DNA of 62,412 nucleotides, counting the filler, from Choristocarpus tenellus KU-1152 (taxonomy: Eukaryota; Protista; Phaeophyceae): NCBI GenBank assembly GCA_964200185.2. It is 10 parts of 10 records of this genome, joined end to end, with 100 filler letters (N's around TTAATTAATTAA, not from the genome) between each part and the next. Parts side by side here need not be neighbours in the genome. Positions count along the whole stretch, not along the records: positions 10,231 to 30,262 come from CAXNAD020000422.1; positions 30,363 to 33,467 come from CAXNAD020022291.1; positions 33,568 to 36,279 come from CAXNAD020025398.1; positions 36,380 to 41,901 come from CAXNAD020010535.1; 6 more parts are not named here. One strand, written 5' to 3'. Made by a program: the position numbers and the translations under genes. This document shows positions 24,823 to 36,601 of the stretch, piece after piece. Positions within the stretch are counted from its first letter, which is position 1; each line of letters opens with the position of its first letter. A model generated the notes under the pieces. The model was not told the origin of the DNA and did no database searches. It was given only the letters and a program-made list of their open reading frames with translations.

Positions 24823-25649
24823 AAGGTATTTCATAAATGACAACATAACTCTAACTATATACACGGCGCAATCTATTTTCTCCCTACAAAACCCAGCAGG
24901 ATCTACCACATTTATCAACCGTTCATCAGGTGTGGTAATGTGTCATCTGTCCCTCAACCATCCCTTGTCAAGGGGGGCATACATACATACATTACGAACG
25001 TTTTAGTGGCGGGACACGGCCACAACAAATCAGCAGACATGTAACTGTTGCTCTTCCAAAACATGTGACAAACTTAGAACATACATCCCCTTGCAATGAA
25101 CAAATGTGTCAAATCTGCATTCTGCTGTTCATGTGCTCCTTGATCTTGAAAGCATACATCGTGCAGGCAGGCAGGCAGGCAGGCAAGCAAAAAGACGTGA
25201 TAAGAGACGTAAAGAAAACGAACAGCACTAGGGCTTCCGAACTGGTCCACAACCGTTTACTAGACCAGCCCAACGCAGCTTAGCTTCACATAGCAGACAG
25301 ACAGGATGTGGTGCGATCTGCGTGGTATTGCCTTTCTTAACACCACCCCTACACCGTCACACCTAAGAATCCACACCAACCTCCCACACACAAAAAAAAG
25401 GAATCACCTCTTCCTGTGTCTTGTTGCGTGCACACTGGGCAGGCCAAATTCTCCAAGAAACACTTTGCCTACCCTTCAACATAAAAATCCTTCTTTTGTG
25501 AAAAATCAGTCGGCACCACTCCATGGCTCAGCGCCCAAGGAATGTTGCTCCTCGAGTCACCTCTTGATATCTTGTGCACAGTTGTTGGGCAGTCAAAACA
25601 CGGACGGAGACAGAGAAACGCTCTTGGGCTGAACTGCCAAGGGGATGAA

Positions 25650-26500
25650 CTCACCTGGGATTTTCTCGCAGTAGTGAATGAATATGGCCTGGACTGTTAA
25701 CACTCTCTGCATGCCGTATTGAGTGCCTACCCATTGCACCACAGGTACAAAGTCCACCAATCAATTGTGGGGGACGAAACTCAGTATACAGTGCTATCAT
25801 TGTCCTGATCACTTCACGCAACATGTGTTCGACACTTCCATTCGTTCAAGGCGAATTGGGTACAGCGAACATGTGATCCACTCAGTTCCCTCATTTGCTT
25901 CAAAAGCTGATTCTTGAAATGACACCATGAATCACTCACCCATATGCTTTGCATGGTAATGGTCAAACTTCATTTCATTAGGCACTGTGCTGTGAGGTCG
26001 ACATAGCAGGTTTGTGTTGGCTCCAATGATACAAAAGTGTTCATGTCCACCAGTACCAGAATCTACTTCTAGCCTCCAGTATCGCCAAGTCCATCTTCTC
26101 CCAGAAGTCCATTGATCCCCACATCCACATACTCTTTAAGTGTAATACCTCGCCAATGACGGTGGCATGTATTGTCTCAACGTAAGAAGGCCCCAGAACC
26201 ATTTTCCCACCCTTAGGATCCATACAATGCAGATATTGTTGCCTGAACATACACATTAGTTAGTCTGTCTCCATTATTGAACAGTAGCAATAGGTGGCAA
26301 GTCGGAGCAAAGTTGCAGCTTTACCACAATGACCTCCTTCATCCATCTGCAAAGTATTGCCAATATCAATGCAATAATTTTGGTAGACATCTGCAAACAC
26401 AGGGTCATACTAGGGATTATGAATTCCCCAACCTCAGTAGTTCCACCCTCCATGGCCACAGTGACTGCCGCCTTTGGAGCTTTAATCACCTGCAAGGAGG
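25650..26500 (-). pseudogene. Decayed Ty3/Gypsy integrase
   Basis: Manual translation gives GHCGKAATLLRL (HHCC zone), WVSD...HFKNQLLKQM and PNSP*TNGSVEHMLREVIRT. Confidence 0.75.
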
Positions 26501-26904
26501 GTAGAGGTAAACTGGTCTCCACTAGGGCAGGCAATGAATGTCACCGCTTGAACAGAGGGAGCAACGGGAAAGAAGATCACACCCAGAATTTCGCTCATCA
26601 GAGGTATGCTTAGGGTTAGGGTGCAATCAAATTGTACAAACGTAGGCAAAGAGACCCGTTCTGTGCCCAATTTTCTTTCATTTTCTGCATTCTGGATGGG
26701 TGATCGCCATCCTCCCTTTGTTGTGTTGTTGGTAGATATAATCCTTTTCATTTATTGGTGCATTCATATGAAACCGAGAGTAATAAGAGTGGTGGTGGTG
26801 GTGCTGGTGCTGGTAAACTGTTGGGATATATTGCCTGTCATACGACGCGGTGAGTGGCACCGGAAACTCCATGAGGGGATATTCAATAATTTTAGTGTCA
26901 TTGT

Positions 26905-27368
26905 TGTTAGAACACTAATAAACCCCTGTGTCTACCGAGGAGCTGGTCAGTTGACTACCTGCTCGGTAGACACAGGGGTTTACTAGTGTTCTAACAAAAG
27001 CTGATCCCGGAGATCGTTAGACTTGATAAGGTTTCACCCGAGGGTTGCTATCCCTTTAATCGGTGACCAACTTCGGCGGGGCAGTTATTAACGTGACATT
27101 GTGTATCCTGGCGGCGTGTTTAGCCTTTTGACGGATGGTAACCATGGCGAGATTCGACCCCAGGAGAGTAACGTTTGTTATAACACTACTAAACCTCTGT
27201 GTCTACCGAGGAGCTGGTCAGCTGACTACCTGCTCGGTAGACAAAGGGGTTACTTGTGTTCTAACAAAAGCTAATCCCGGGGATCGTTAGACTTGATGAG
27301 GTTTCGCCCGAGGGTTACTCTCCCTCTAATCAGTAACCAACTTCGGCGGGGCAGTTACCTATGTGATA
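26905..27368 (+). mobile_element. TRIM-like mini LTR element: two ~190-bp direct repeats, each starting with a ~92-bp hairpin, separated by a tRNA-complementary PBS
   Basis: Repeats start tgtta at 26905 and 27176. Hairpin tgttagaacact...ctaccgag / ctcggtag...agtgttctaaca. tggtaaccatggcgagattcga at 27136-27157. Confidence 0.6.
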
Positions 27369-28029
27369 TCTCAGTTGCCTCAACTATATCTCCCACCTCC
27401 ATGGTCTTCTCCAGTCTCAACTGTTGAAATGATTCGCGAATAAAGACTTGCCGCTAAGAACAGATCTTGAGCATTTGCAGAGACATGCATAAATGTTGAG
27501 CAGAAATCTCTGACACAAGATGAAGTATAGAAAATGTGCAAAAAATATGTGTGCGCCTAGTTACAGAAGCCGGTCTATGTGTCTGTAGGTGACAATAATA
27601 GCGAAAGGTTATTTATCCATGGTAGGTCACCTCAGTTGAGATCCACGAAAAAACTCGCTGAGAAACCCCAGGGGTTCGGTTAGTGCCTCATATCTGCTAG
27701 TGTTTGGATAGGGATTTGTGTCAGAAAACATCCTTAGTGAGCATCAGGACACATGAGAATAGCACAATCTGCACGTGCATGAGGAAGCTCAACAGTCTGA
27801 CTCACAAACTGCTGTGCAGCTATCCATGCTTAACCTCTCGCCAGAGTCCGGTGCTAAGATATCAACTAGGAGCAACTTCCTTAGTCGTGTGTTCTCGACA
27901 TGCATTCCTCCACCAAGGGTCTATCTAAGTGCTCCATCTACTTCAGGTGGGGGAGGGAGATGGGTACGGAGCCAGTTTACCGCCTGCAAAAACTGCTTCA
28001 TTTCACCAGCAGTCTCGGCGCGTCATTGA

Positions 28030-29800
28030 TCTTGTAGCCCTTGAATCTGTTCAGTATCATGACTCGCTTTGGGTCCAGAATAAACCTTACCACACCACTT
28101 GATAATTGGAGAGTAGAGGATACTCTTGTCCCCAGCAGCAAAAACGCCACGAGCGTCAGTCACCTGAGCATTACATCAATGTTGACAACCAGATCTTCCG
28201 CATCTTCACCTCAAAAAGATGGTATCATCCACCCAAATGAGTCCTATCTTATGAGACCATCATGGATTCCAGGTTGGGTATACAGGATTTTTCTGTCTTG
28301 TGGTCCACAGCACTGTATTCTGTCACTAAACGCAACCTCCAACCACGAAGCTTGGGCACTGGCATGCCAGGGTTGTTCCAAACGGACTGTGCACTTTGGA
28401 ACATCACCAGGGTTATTTGTACCCACAAATATACCAAGCCACCAAGTCACTTCTGTACTTCATTCAGGCTGTATGTCCTGTGATTTGCCTTGAGAGTAGT
28501 AGCTCCATCTTTCAGGACTACTCTCAAAGATTCAACATCTGCTGGTGGATCACGGCCAAATAATACTCGAAATGCATTGGCATGACACGGCCAAGCACCT
28601 CTCTCACCCTCTGCAGAGGTCTGTCAGGCATGCCATCTACTGCTGCCGTCTCAACAGCTTTCTCCAGAGCGAGGGTACATTTCATGCGTTCCTCGTCTAG
28701 AGCCATCAGCATGTCCGGGGCTCACTCTCGTAGATATTCTCTGGAGCCATCATGAACACTCTTTTGTCTTCAGAAATTCTCATACTTTCCTGCATGGTTT
28801 CCACATGGACACGAACCTTCATATAGATGAATAGCTAGCTCTAAGGCCAGTGATACCAAGTTCTACATTCGTCTTAGTTACCTCTTAAAAAAGGGTATTG
28901 TATGTCAATCTGAATATCTTCTGTCATGTCCTCATTGCCGACAACGACCATATCCTAATCCCAAGCATCACTGGAAAAATTCGATTCCTCAATACCATGG
29001 TCATAACTGGAGTGGATAGTCATGTACATTGGAAATAAGATGGGCGCAGGAAGACACACTACCATGCCTATATGATAAGCCTTGATTTTGGCATGCAGTC
29101 CCTCTGTGATGGCTGCCATCCCAGCCTCACACTGTCGACCAGGGTCTTGGCAGCAAAAGGTGTCTTACTCAACATGTCAATGCCAGTTAGGGTCAGATCA
29201 CTCACTCCATAATATGTATCTACCTGAACTCGCACTCCATCCAGTCGCAGAGACATAAGAGTCTCTGAAACTGCCATGGAGTACATCCCTGTAGGGGTTT
29301 CAAGAGGAACCGGTGGAATATCATCTCACTCCATCTCACTCCGTGTCACTGACTTGGACAGACCTGCCCAGTCTACCAACTCGTCTCCTAATGTCGTAGA
29401 TACGAGTGAGAGATTGTATCGCTTGACTTTGATGGCTGCGAGACCCTTGAGCAGCGCCAAGACCACTTGGCCGTCCTGCAGGTGGAGGGGATGTCTGACA
29501 TCGCTCACTTTGCGTAAGCTATCCTCTGTCCAAGAACATCCAATCTTGGCAGCCTCGTACATATTGTCACGGATTCTCACGGAGTCCCATTGGTGCCCCT
29601 TGTTTACACATGCAATTTCCTGAAGTCAGGCAAGAAGCATCTCCTCCGTAGCGTCTCTCCACTTGTGTTTGGGGTTCCAGGCAAGAATTTGTTTCGTTCC
29701 ATCGTGTACGGTCTTGCCTAGACTGAGCATCACACCCACATGACGCCTTTATTCTACTAGATGCGCACGCTCTCTTCGTTCGCGTGTCTCGCTGTCAGGA
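28030..29800 (-). pseudogene. Decayed Ty3/Gypsy gag-protease-RT region, probably the same element as 25650-26500
   Basis: PVPK..WRLRLVTEYSAVD.KTEK..IPNLE (RT motifs 1-2) and the LEKAVETAAVDGMP linker. Confidence 0.65.
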
Positions 29801-30063
29801 AGAAACTTGCGAGTATATATAGGATGGTAGTCTGTAGGTTAGGAGTCATGGGTTCAAGTCTCGACGGACTCGATCGTTTGCCACAAAATGACTGACGCAG
29901 AACGACTGACATAGAACGACTGATAAAGTGCGACTGACACAGATATGTTATGACGTGTCATCTGCGTGCGAAGTAGGTAAAAAGGCAGAGCAACCCCCTT
30001 CGAGAGATGGTGCTCCATTAATAAATTCTTACGTGTTTGATAACCAGTAGCATGTAATAACAA

Positions 30064-30262
30064 TGTTGACTGTGCGGCTTAATTGTCAATGACTCGTTTT
30101 CGTACGCTTAGAGTAATAGGGTCGAATCCAGACGGGTTGATTTCTTATTGCTTAATTGAAGTGGCAAACACAGGAGAAGTGAGGTAGTGCGACTAACACA
30201 GACACTTTCTGACGTGTCTGCTGACGTACACAATGGACAACGAGGCAAAGCACCCCCCACCT
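30064..30262 (-). mobile_element. Probable 3' LTR with polypurine tract; related copy at ~39530-39861 (+)
   Basis: The minus strand reads aggtgggggg-TG...tcaaCA. It shares variants of aataagaaatcaa...gattcga...tattactctaagc...cgaaaac.agtca.tgaca with 39775-39840. Confidence 0.6.
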
Positions 30263-30362
30263 NNNNNNNNNNNNNNNNNNNNNNNNNNNNNNNNNNNNNN
30301 NNNNNNTTAATTAATTAANNNNNNNNNNNNNNNNNNNNNNNNNNNNNNNNNNNNNNNNNNNN

Positions 30363-30515
30363 GTGGCGGCTGTCCATTTGGGATTTTTTAATGTCACGAT
30401 TTTTGGGTGATTTGGTTGCATACGCCAGATGGATACTGTAAATGCACTTTTCCTGATTTTGGTCCAAATGGACATCCTAGTATACACCCCCCTCCCCTCC
30501 CAGATACTTTGGGTC
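30363..30515 (+). mobile_element. MITE family A, truncated at gap
   Basis: gctgtccatttggg...ccaaatggacatcc...cccagatactttgggtc. Confidence 0.88.
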
Positions 30516-31505
30516 ACGATCGCTTTCTCCTCGACCTTGCGAGCCCTTTCGACCTTCTTTCGGGCTTCAGAGCCCTTGTAGCCCAACCCCAATACCTTCT
30601 TTCTCGTTTCCTTCAGCCACTCCGGCTCGCACAGCTTCCAAACAGCCAGGGCCTGCTGCAATCTACACCCGGTTTTTTGCTTAGGCGTTTCCTGAGCGCA
30701 AAGGCACACAGTCGCACTGATCTCTTCCCCAACCTCCCCTTCGGGTGGCCACCCTGGTTCTCCCTTCGCCCGCCGTGACCAGGCTTCTCCACAGACTTCG
30801 TCACTGTACCACATGGTAATGGACTCGCCACTCTCTTCCTGCTTTCCCGAGGCGGTAGAGACTGCAGAGCACTGCTCCGACGTGGTTGAAGATCCAACCT
30901 CGTTTGTGTGGTAATGCTTTCCCTGCATCTTCTCTCAGCGTCAGTGTCGCGGCCGCGTGATCCATTTCGCAATTTGATCATGCTGCTGCGCCACACTACT
31001 CACACTTTGTCGTCACCTAACATCGCACTTAGTGTCACACGGTACTTGCTTTTCCGTCGCCTCTCGACAGAGAAGGTGCCAAGGGTAGATCCAGGGGGCA
31101 GAAGAGTGGTCTCGGCGGCTCTCCTTGTCTCACCGTTGTGGTTCATGCTGCTGTGTGGGTCGCGTGTGTGTGTGCTCACAGAAAGTCTACAAAAGGTGTT
31201 AGATGATGTCTGGAAATCTTGGGTTTTTCTCGGTATCGCCACACGGGCCAAACTTGGGCAGCGACCATACCTGCATCAGTGTTTTGCGGGGAGTTAGCCA
31301 ACCACTCTATTTTTGTCCGTTTTTAAGTCGTGACCTTCAAAATTGCGCCGGAGATGTTCCCCCGCGTTTTTCCCATTATTTGATCAGGACATGGCTCCCG
31401 TTCCCCGAAACCTGGAACTTCATGGGTACAAGCCTTCATAAGCTCTTGTCATAAGCTTTCGTTTGATATATATGTTGTTTAATTCTTGCGGTGATAAGGT
31501 GATAA

Positions 31506-31664
31506 AAACCAAGATTGCCACAGAGGGCAAAGCTATTGTGATCACTTTGTCACTATGCTCCGAAACATTTCGGAATAGGTAAAATGTCATAAAATACCCG
31601 TGGGAAGCCAAGTCCCAAACAGACAAGCAGGGCAAAACTCTTACCCTCTAAGATGCCCTCACTC
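31506..31664 (+). mobile_element. MITE family B, internally deleted and degenerate copy
   Basis: ctccgaaacatttcgga...gggaagccaagtcccaaac...ccctctaagatgccctcactc. Confidence 0.78.
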
Positions 31665-34600
31665 AGGTGACAGTCAGACCCATGTTGCTGGCTCCAATTA
31701 TTACGGAACATTTTTTTTAATGATTATTTTGCGTCACATTAGTCTTGGTATCATCCTGACTCGTGGTCAGAGTCACTGCAAACTGCACTACTTTTTAAAC
31801 AATAAATATTGTAAATAAACCATTGTTATTGCACTACAACCAACTGTACTACCTCATTTCGCCGTGCCTTTCTTCTGTGAAGTCGTTTAATCATCGCACA
31901 ACTTGACGCTGCACCTACCTCCTCCATGGAATGTCATGCCAGTCCCGGCTTGGCATTGCTCGGCAAGGAAGTCTTCCTATCTCGTTCTTGGTCTGGTGTT
32001 CTTGTGATTTAGTACCAGATAGATAGGATGATAGCGCAGGTAGGTGCTCAATCTGTAGTGCTCACCTCATGAACTTCGGATGATCAAAACAATATTTCTA
32101 TGAGAAAAGTAAGTACAGGCCAGGAGCAACCTGTAGTATCCACTGAGTTACAAGGATGACGACATTGCCAAGTACCGAAGAAAAACTCTCTCAACATGCA
32201 AAAGCAATTATATATAAATACAGAAGTAGGAAGAGGTGGTCTGGTGTACATGTATACTTCATGTATCACCTGTTATTATCTATTTGAACAATTTTGTTTG
32301 ATGAACGAACCTGTTCCTCCCTTTAGTTAGTAATAACAGCAGCAATATGGTGGACACTACATGGATAAAAATTATTTCCATGAAGCACCCCCCCCGTTGA
32401 GCCCACCAATAATATTAACACTTTGGGGGGCAAAGTATGAAATCAAGAGCTATTGTTGCATATAGTGAAATGGATATCACGTGCAAGCATTGAGCCCTTT
32501 CCTGCTGTGGGACCTCCAACGAACAAAGAAGCCGGTTTGAAAGATAAGAGAAAAATGCTATTACGTTGGTTTGTTCTAGTCAACACTAACAAAAACAACA
32601 GACAAAAGAAGAGGACTAGAGCTAACCATTATCACAAAGCCCGTCAAACGCAGACCAGTAATTGTGACACACCAGGTTTGAGTGATCAGCAAGTGTACAT
32701 ACATCCACACTCAAGGATGAAACCATCCATATTTGTTACATACACGCAGCAGGAGCTACAACTTGATTTTAGATTGCTACACTTCCCCACCTCTTGCCAA
32801 AGGGCAAGCAGGAGGGATTTTCAGGGGGGATGCATAATTTACGTACTACTATGCTAGGAGGAGAGGATAGCTCCTCACTATGTCAGTGTCTCATCCCCAC
32901 TGCCATTATTGACATTTTGTTATTTCTATTCAACTATAGAGTTGTGTGCCAGTGGTTAAGCAGTTAAGTGTAAGAAGTAACTACAATACCATAATACTAC
33001 AGACAGCCAACACTTATGGTAAAAGCACTCTAGTCTGTAGCCCTACAGTCAACTTTCCAAGATTGCTTACTGCACATTGTTTTTCGCTTAAGTTGTTTCC
33101 ATTAAAAAAACCCTGATGAGTGCCATGAAGACACTGTAATGTGTATCTCTTGCAGCTTGATGACTGGAATGCCTTCGTTTGATGAGTGTTACATTAATTG
33201 ATGTGGTCTGTACATCAGGAAAATAGTTTAAGTAGCCTCCCTAAATCATATGTATGCTTTATGCATGTGCACGCTGATACGGAAAAAAAGGCAGAAAATG
33301 ATGTACAGCACAAATAACGTCATGTTTGTGCAGCAGACCCACCTTCTCAAACTCCAAACAATACTGTCTCCTGATCAAACTACGCCATTATAACAGCCAA
33401 TCACCAAAATTGAGGATGGAACATACTATGGAGGATGAGTTCGACCCAAAATGGTGCGCGGAAAGTGNNNNNNNNNNNNNNNNNNNNNNNNNNNNNNNNN
33501 NNNNNNNNNNNTTAATTAATTAANNNNNNNNNNNNNNNNNNNNNNNNNNNNNNNNNNNNNNNNNNNNGGGGGGGGGGAGGCGGGCGGGGGGGGGGTCGCC
33601 CCCCCCCCCCCCCCCCCCCGTTGGTACATCTCTGGTTGAGAGTCTTACCCAAAGGGTCTTCCCAGCTCGCCAGCGGCTGTTCAGCTTTACTTGGTATCAG
33701 TCAGTCCTCCAGCCTGTTGTCAGGAACTTAGGTTGATCCTTGGTCTGCTTGAGATCCCGTTGGGTGATACCTGTCTGTTGGATTATCGTGTCTGTTGTCC
33801 CAATGCAAACACCAGGCTTGGGGTTAACCTGCACTCCTCATACACCACTGTGTACCTGATGCAGACAGGGTTAGACATCACATCAGGTCTTTTTCGGCCC
33901 CTGACGTATGTGTACCTGATATAAGACAGGTTCTCACTATTATTTCCCTTGTTGTATTCCCTTGATGTATGAGCCCTCAACTCCCATTGTAGTGAGAAAT
34001 GAAGCAACTCAGTGACTGGCATTGACACCCACATCCAGGAGGTACAAGTCATTGATACGTACATACAAGTACTGTAATACTTCCACAGCAGGTTGCTTGT
34101 ATGTGACCTTAGTGCTTGTGTGTGACGATAGTGCTTGCGTATGCTACTCAAATGTGAGCGTAAAAAACGTCTCTTGAGAGGATGGTTAAAATATGGTTAA
34201 TGGGGGTAAAACTAGCTGTTAGCCCCATACTGCTGTGTCTGTAGAGCATTGCTGCATGAGGGTGTGTTGGGATGGTTCACTGCATGAATAGTTGGGAGGA
34301 TTTCTTGTTCAAAATCTAACGACTCCCCTTACTCTATATTGACACCATACACGTACACCAAGCACCGACTGTCTGTGGAGTGACGGACTGTCACCTCTTC
34401 AACACCAACAGCTCAATTTCACCAACTTTCAAAGCTAGGGTTAGGGTTAGGGGGGAACAGTCGACACTAAATTTACTCTCAACATTAGTTACGCACTTCA
34501 CTTCAGGAAAAAACAATAAAATACCCTCCTTCGTGCCAAAATACCAAAATACCAACTCACCAACCAAAACATCTGAAAGTAGAACATCGACCAATCGCCA

Positions 34601-34734
34601 ATCGACGTCCAATCAAAACCAACCGCTTACAAGCGCTAAGAAAGCCGTGCCTAAGGTCTCAGAATATAAACCCGTGCTAACCCCACCATCTGTACCACTA
34701 CCAACTACTAGTATTTCCACTTCAGTCATTAAAA

Positions 34735-34763
34735 CCCTAACCCTAACCCTAACCCTAACCCTA
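34735..34763. repeat. Interstitial telomere-type repeat (CCCTAA)~5; also TTAGGG at 34436-34452 and 26610-26621, and CCCTAA at 10-24
   Basis: Seen directly in the sequence. Confidence 0.9.
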
Positions 34764-34822
34764 CCACACAACAGCAACTGAAAAAAAACTCCTCCCTCTC
34801 TCCCTCTCCTTCCCTCCCCCCC

Positions 34823-34856
<34 letters not shown>

Positions 34857-34892
34857 TTCCCCCCCCCCCCCCCCCCCACCACAACAAAAAAA

Positions 34893-34953
<61 letters not shown>

Positions 34954-34957
34954 TCAC

Positions 34958-35168
34958 CGGGGGCGATGCCGAGCAGAAATAGACTCGTCTAGCCCCTGCC
35001 TCACGGACCAGCTTCACAATCTGACGAGAGGTGGTCCCCCTGACGATAGAGTCATCCACCAGGAGAACGTTCTTTCCCTCCAACACGCACCTGACCGCTG
35101 ACAGCTTCTTGCGGACGCTCGTGTGACGCACCTCGTGCCCTGGCATGATGAAGGTACGCCCTATGTAC
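34958..35168 (-). CDS. purF: Amidophosphoribosyltransferase exon containing the PRPP-binding motif
   Basis: (R)[72 protein letters not shown] acceptor at 35170-35169 completes the split Arg codon AG|G in phase with the upstream exon. Probable donor CCG|GTGAGA at 34957. Confidence 0.93.
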
Positions 35169-35772
35169 CTTTTCTTGCCGTGGGGGGATTGAGCCATCGA
35201 CACCAACAGCGGGTCGGTAAACTCGTGCGATAAAAAAGCAATAATAATAATAATAATAATAATAACAACAACAATAATATTAATAATAATAACAATAATA
35301 ACAACAACGATAATAATAATAATAATAATAATAATAATGGAAATGCCGTGCAGGATTTTGGGCAGTGGGCAGTGGGCAGGGGGGAGGGAGGAGGGATGGG
35401 GGATGAGATATTGAAAAGAGCGGACCTGGGCTATTGCTAGACGATGAACAAGAGGCAACAGAGCGATGATAACTGCTGAAGAAAAATGAAATGGGTACGT
35501 GGATATCTGCTCAGCGACAAGTGGGTAGCAGCCCCTACACCTCTATCTAGTTTGAAACTACACCTGATTTTAGTTTTTCCAATATTGTTGTGCGCAGCAA
35601 TGCATGGGTGCGTGTAGTTTTCAACAAGAAATTTGCGTTCTTTAGTCTTTGACATTTCAGGTAATACTATAAAAATGATAACTTTTTTTGCTTCCAAGAA
35701 ACAACAGTTTTTTTTTTTAAATCATGGGGAGAACACACCTAATCTGGGGATAGCTCAGGTTTTCAGATGACC

Positions 35773-35816
<44 letters not shown>

Positions 35817-36142
35817 TTTTCAAGGATCCAACCAAATGTGAAAGATGGACAGCTAATTCACCTTCACTTCCATCACAACAAATAACATCAATATTATTGT
35901 TATCATTATCAATATCATTATTTCTTGAGAAATAAAAAATAAAACAACTGCACACACACACACACACACACAAAATTTTACCCAACACATACTATCCACC
36001 AATACACAAGTGTGTACACCACCACACCCTCCCACAGATCGAAATACATAAGCACACCGCTACAGAGCCAAATATACACCGCTACAGAGCCAACAGACCA
36101 GGATCTTCACATTCCACCCAGTCATGACACGGACCACTCTAC
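35169..36142 (-). other. 974-bp GT-AG spliceosomal intron of purF containing (AAT)n, (GT)n and (CA)n microsatellites
   Basis: GT...AG ends join KNR|YIGRTFI in frame. Microsatellites at ~35239-35338, ~35774-35814 and ~35951-35971. Confidence 0.88.
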
Positions 36143-36279
36143 CTGTTCTTGGTGAGACCCTCTTCAAAGGGGAGGTGCAGGCGGGTGGCACAGTGCAGTG
36201 CGGCAATACGACTGGTCTCTGGCACAGGGACAACCACATCCACTGCACTGGGCGGGAGCTGGTGCATGATCTTGTCAGC
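36143..36279 (-). CDS. purF: Amidophosphoribosyltransferase (glutamine PRPP amidotransferase) internal exon, 5'-truncated by gap
   Basis: Manual minus-strand translation gives ADKIMHQLPPSAVDVVVPVPETSRIAALHCATRLHLPFEEGLTKN(R), the PurF 'VVPVP(D/E)(S/T)...EGLxKNR' motif. The exon ends AACAG|GTAGAG (GT donor at 36142-36141). Confidence 0.92.
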
Positions 36280-36379
36280 NNNNNNNNNNNNNNNNNNNNN
36301 NNNNNNNNNNNNNNNNNNNNNNNTTAATTAATTAANNNNNNNNNNNNNNNNNNNNNNNNNNNNNNNNNNNNNNNNNNNN

Positions 36380-36601
36380 CGGGGGTCGAAATCCAATGTT
36401 GCGATTTCCATATAATTTTATCCGTCGTATTTGTTAGGAAGTGTCAGTATCCTTGTTCCGGACACACCATTTCATAACATATACATATTACCTACTCCGA
36501 AACATTTCGGAGCAGGAGAAATATCACAAAAACCCCATGGGAAGCCAAGCCCCAAATGGACAAACAGGGTAAAACTCGTACCCTCTAAGATACTTTCACT
36601 C
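36380..36601 (+). mobile_element. MITE family B, truncated at gap
   Basis: aatccaatgttgcgattt...gggaagccaagccccaaatggacaaacaggg...ccctctaagatactttcactc. Confidence 0.9.

Noticed and set aside
27136-27160. tRNA gene
   Set aside because: Only the 3'-terminal ~22 nt including CCA are present (antisense); this fits a primer-binding site, not a gene.
30516-31297. Several overlapping 80-205-aa ORFs as host genes
   Set aside because: The ORFs run into a MITE or gap and lack motifs; more likely a decayed gag-like retroelement 5' region.
34333-34372. Possible next purF exon (YVYGVNI resembling NVYGID)
   Set aside because: The frame and flanking residues do not match PurF, and a stop follows.
34613-35458. 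281-aa ORF as a single fusion protein with poly-Ile, poly-Gly and VRVRVR
   Set aside because: Only 35168-34958 is exon; the rest is intronic microsatellite, homopolymer and telomeric repeat read in frame.
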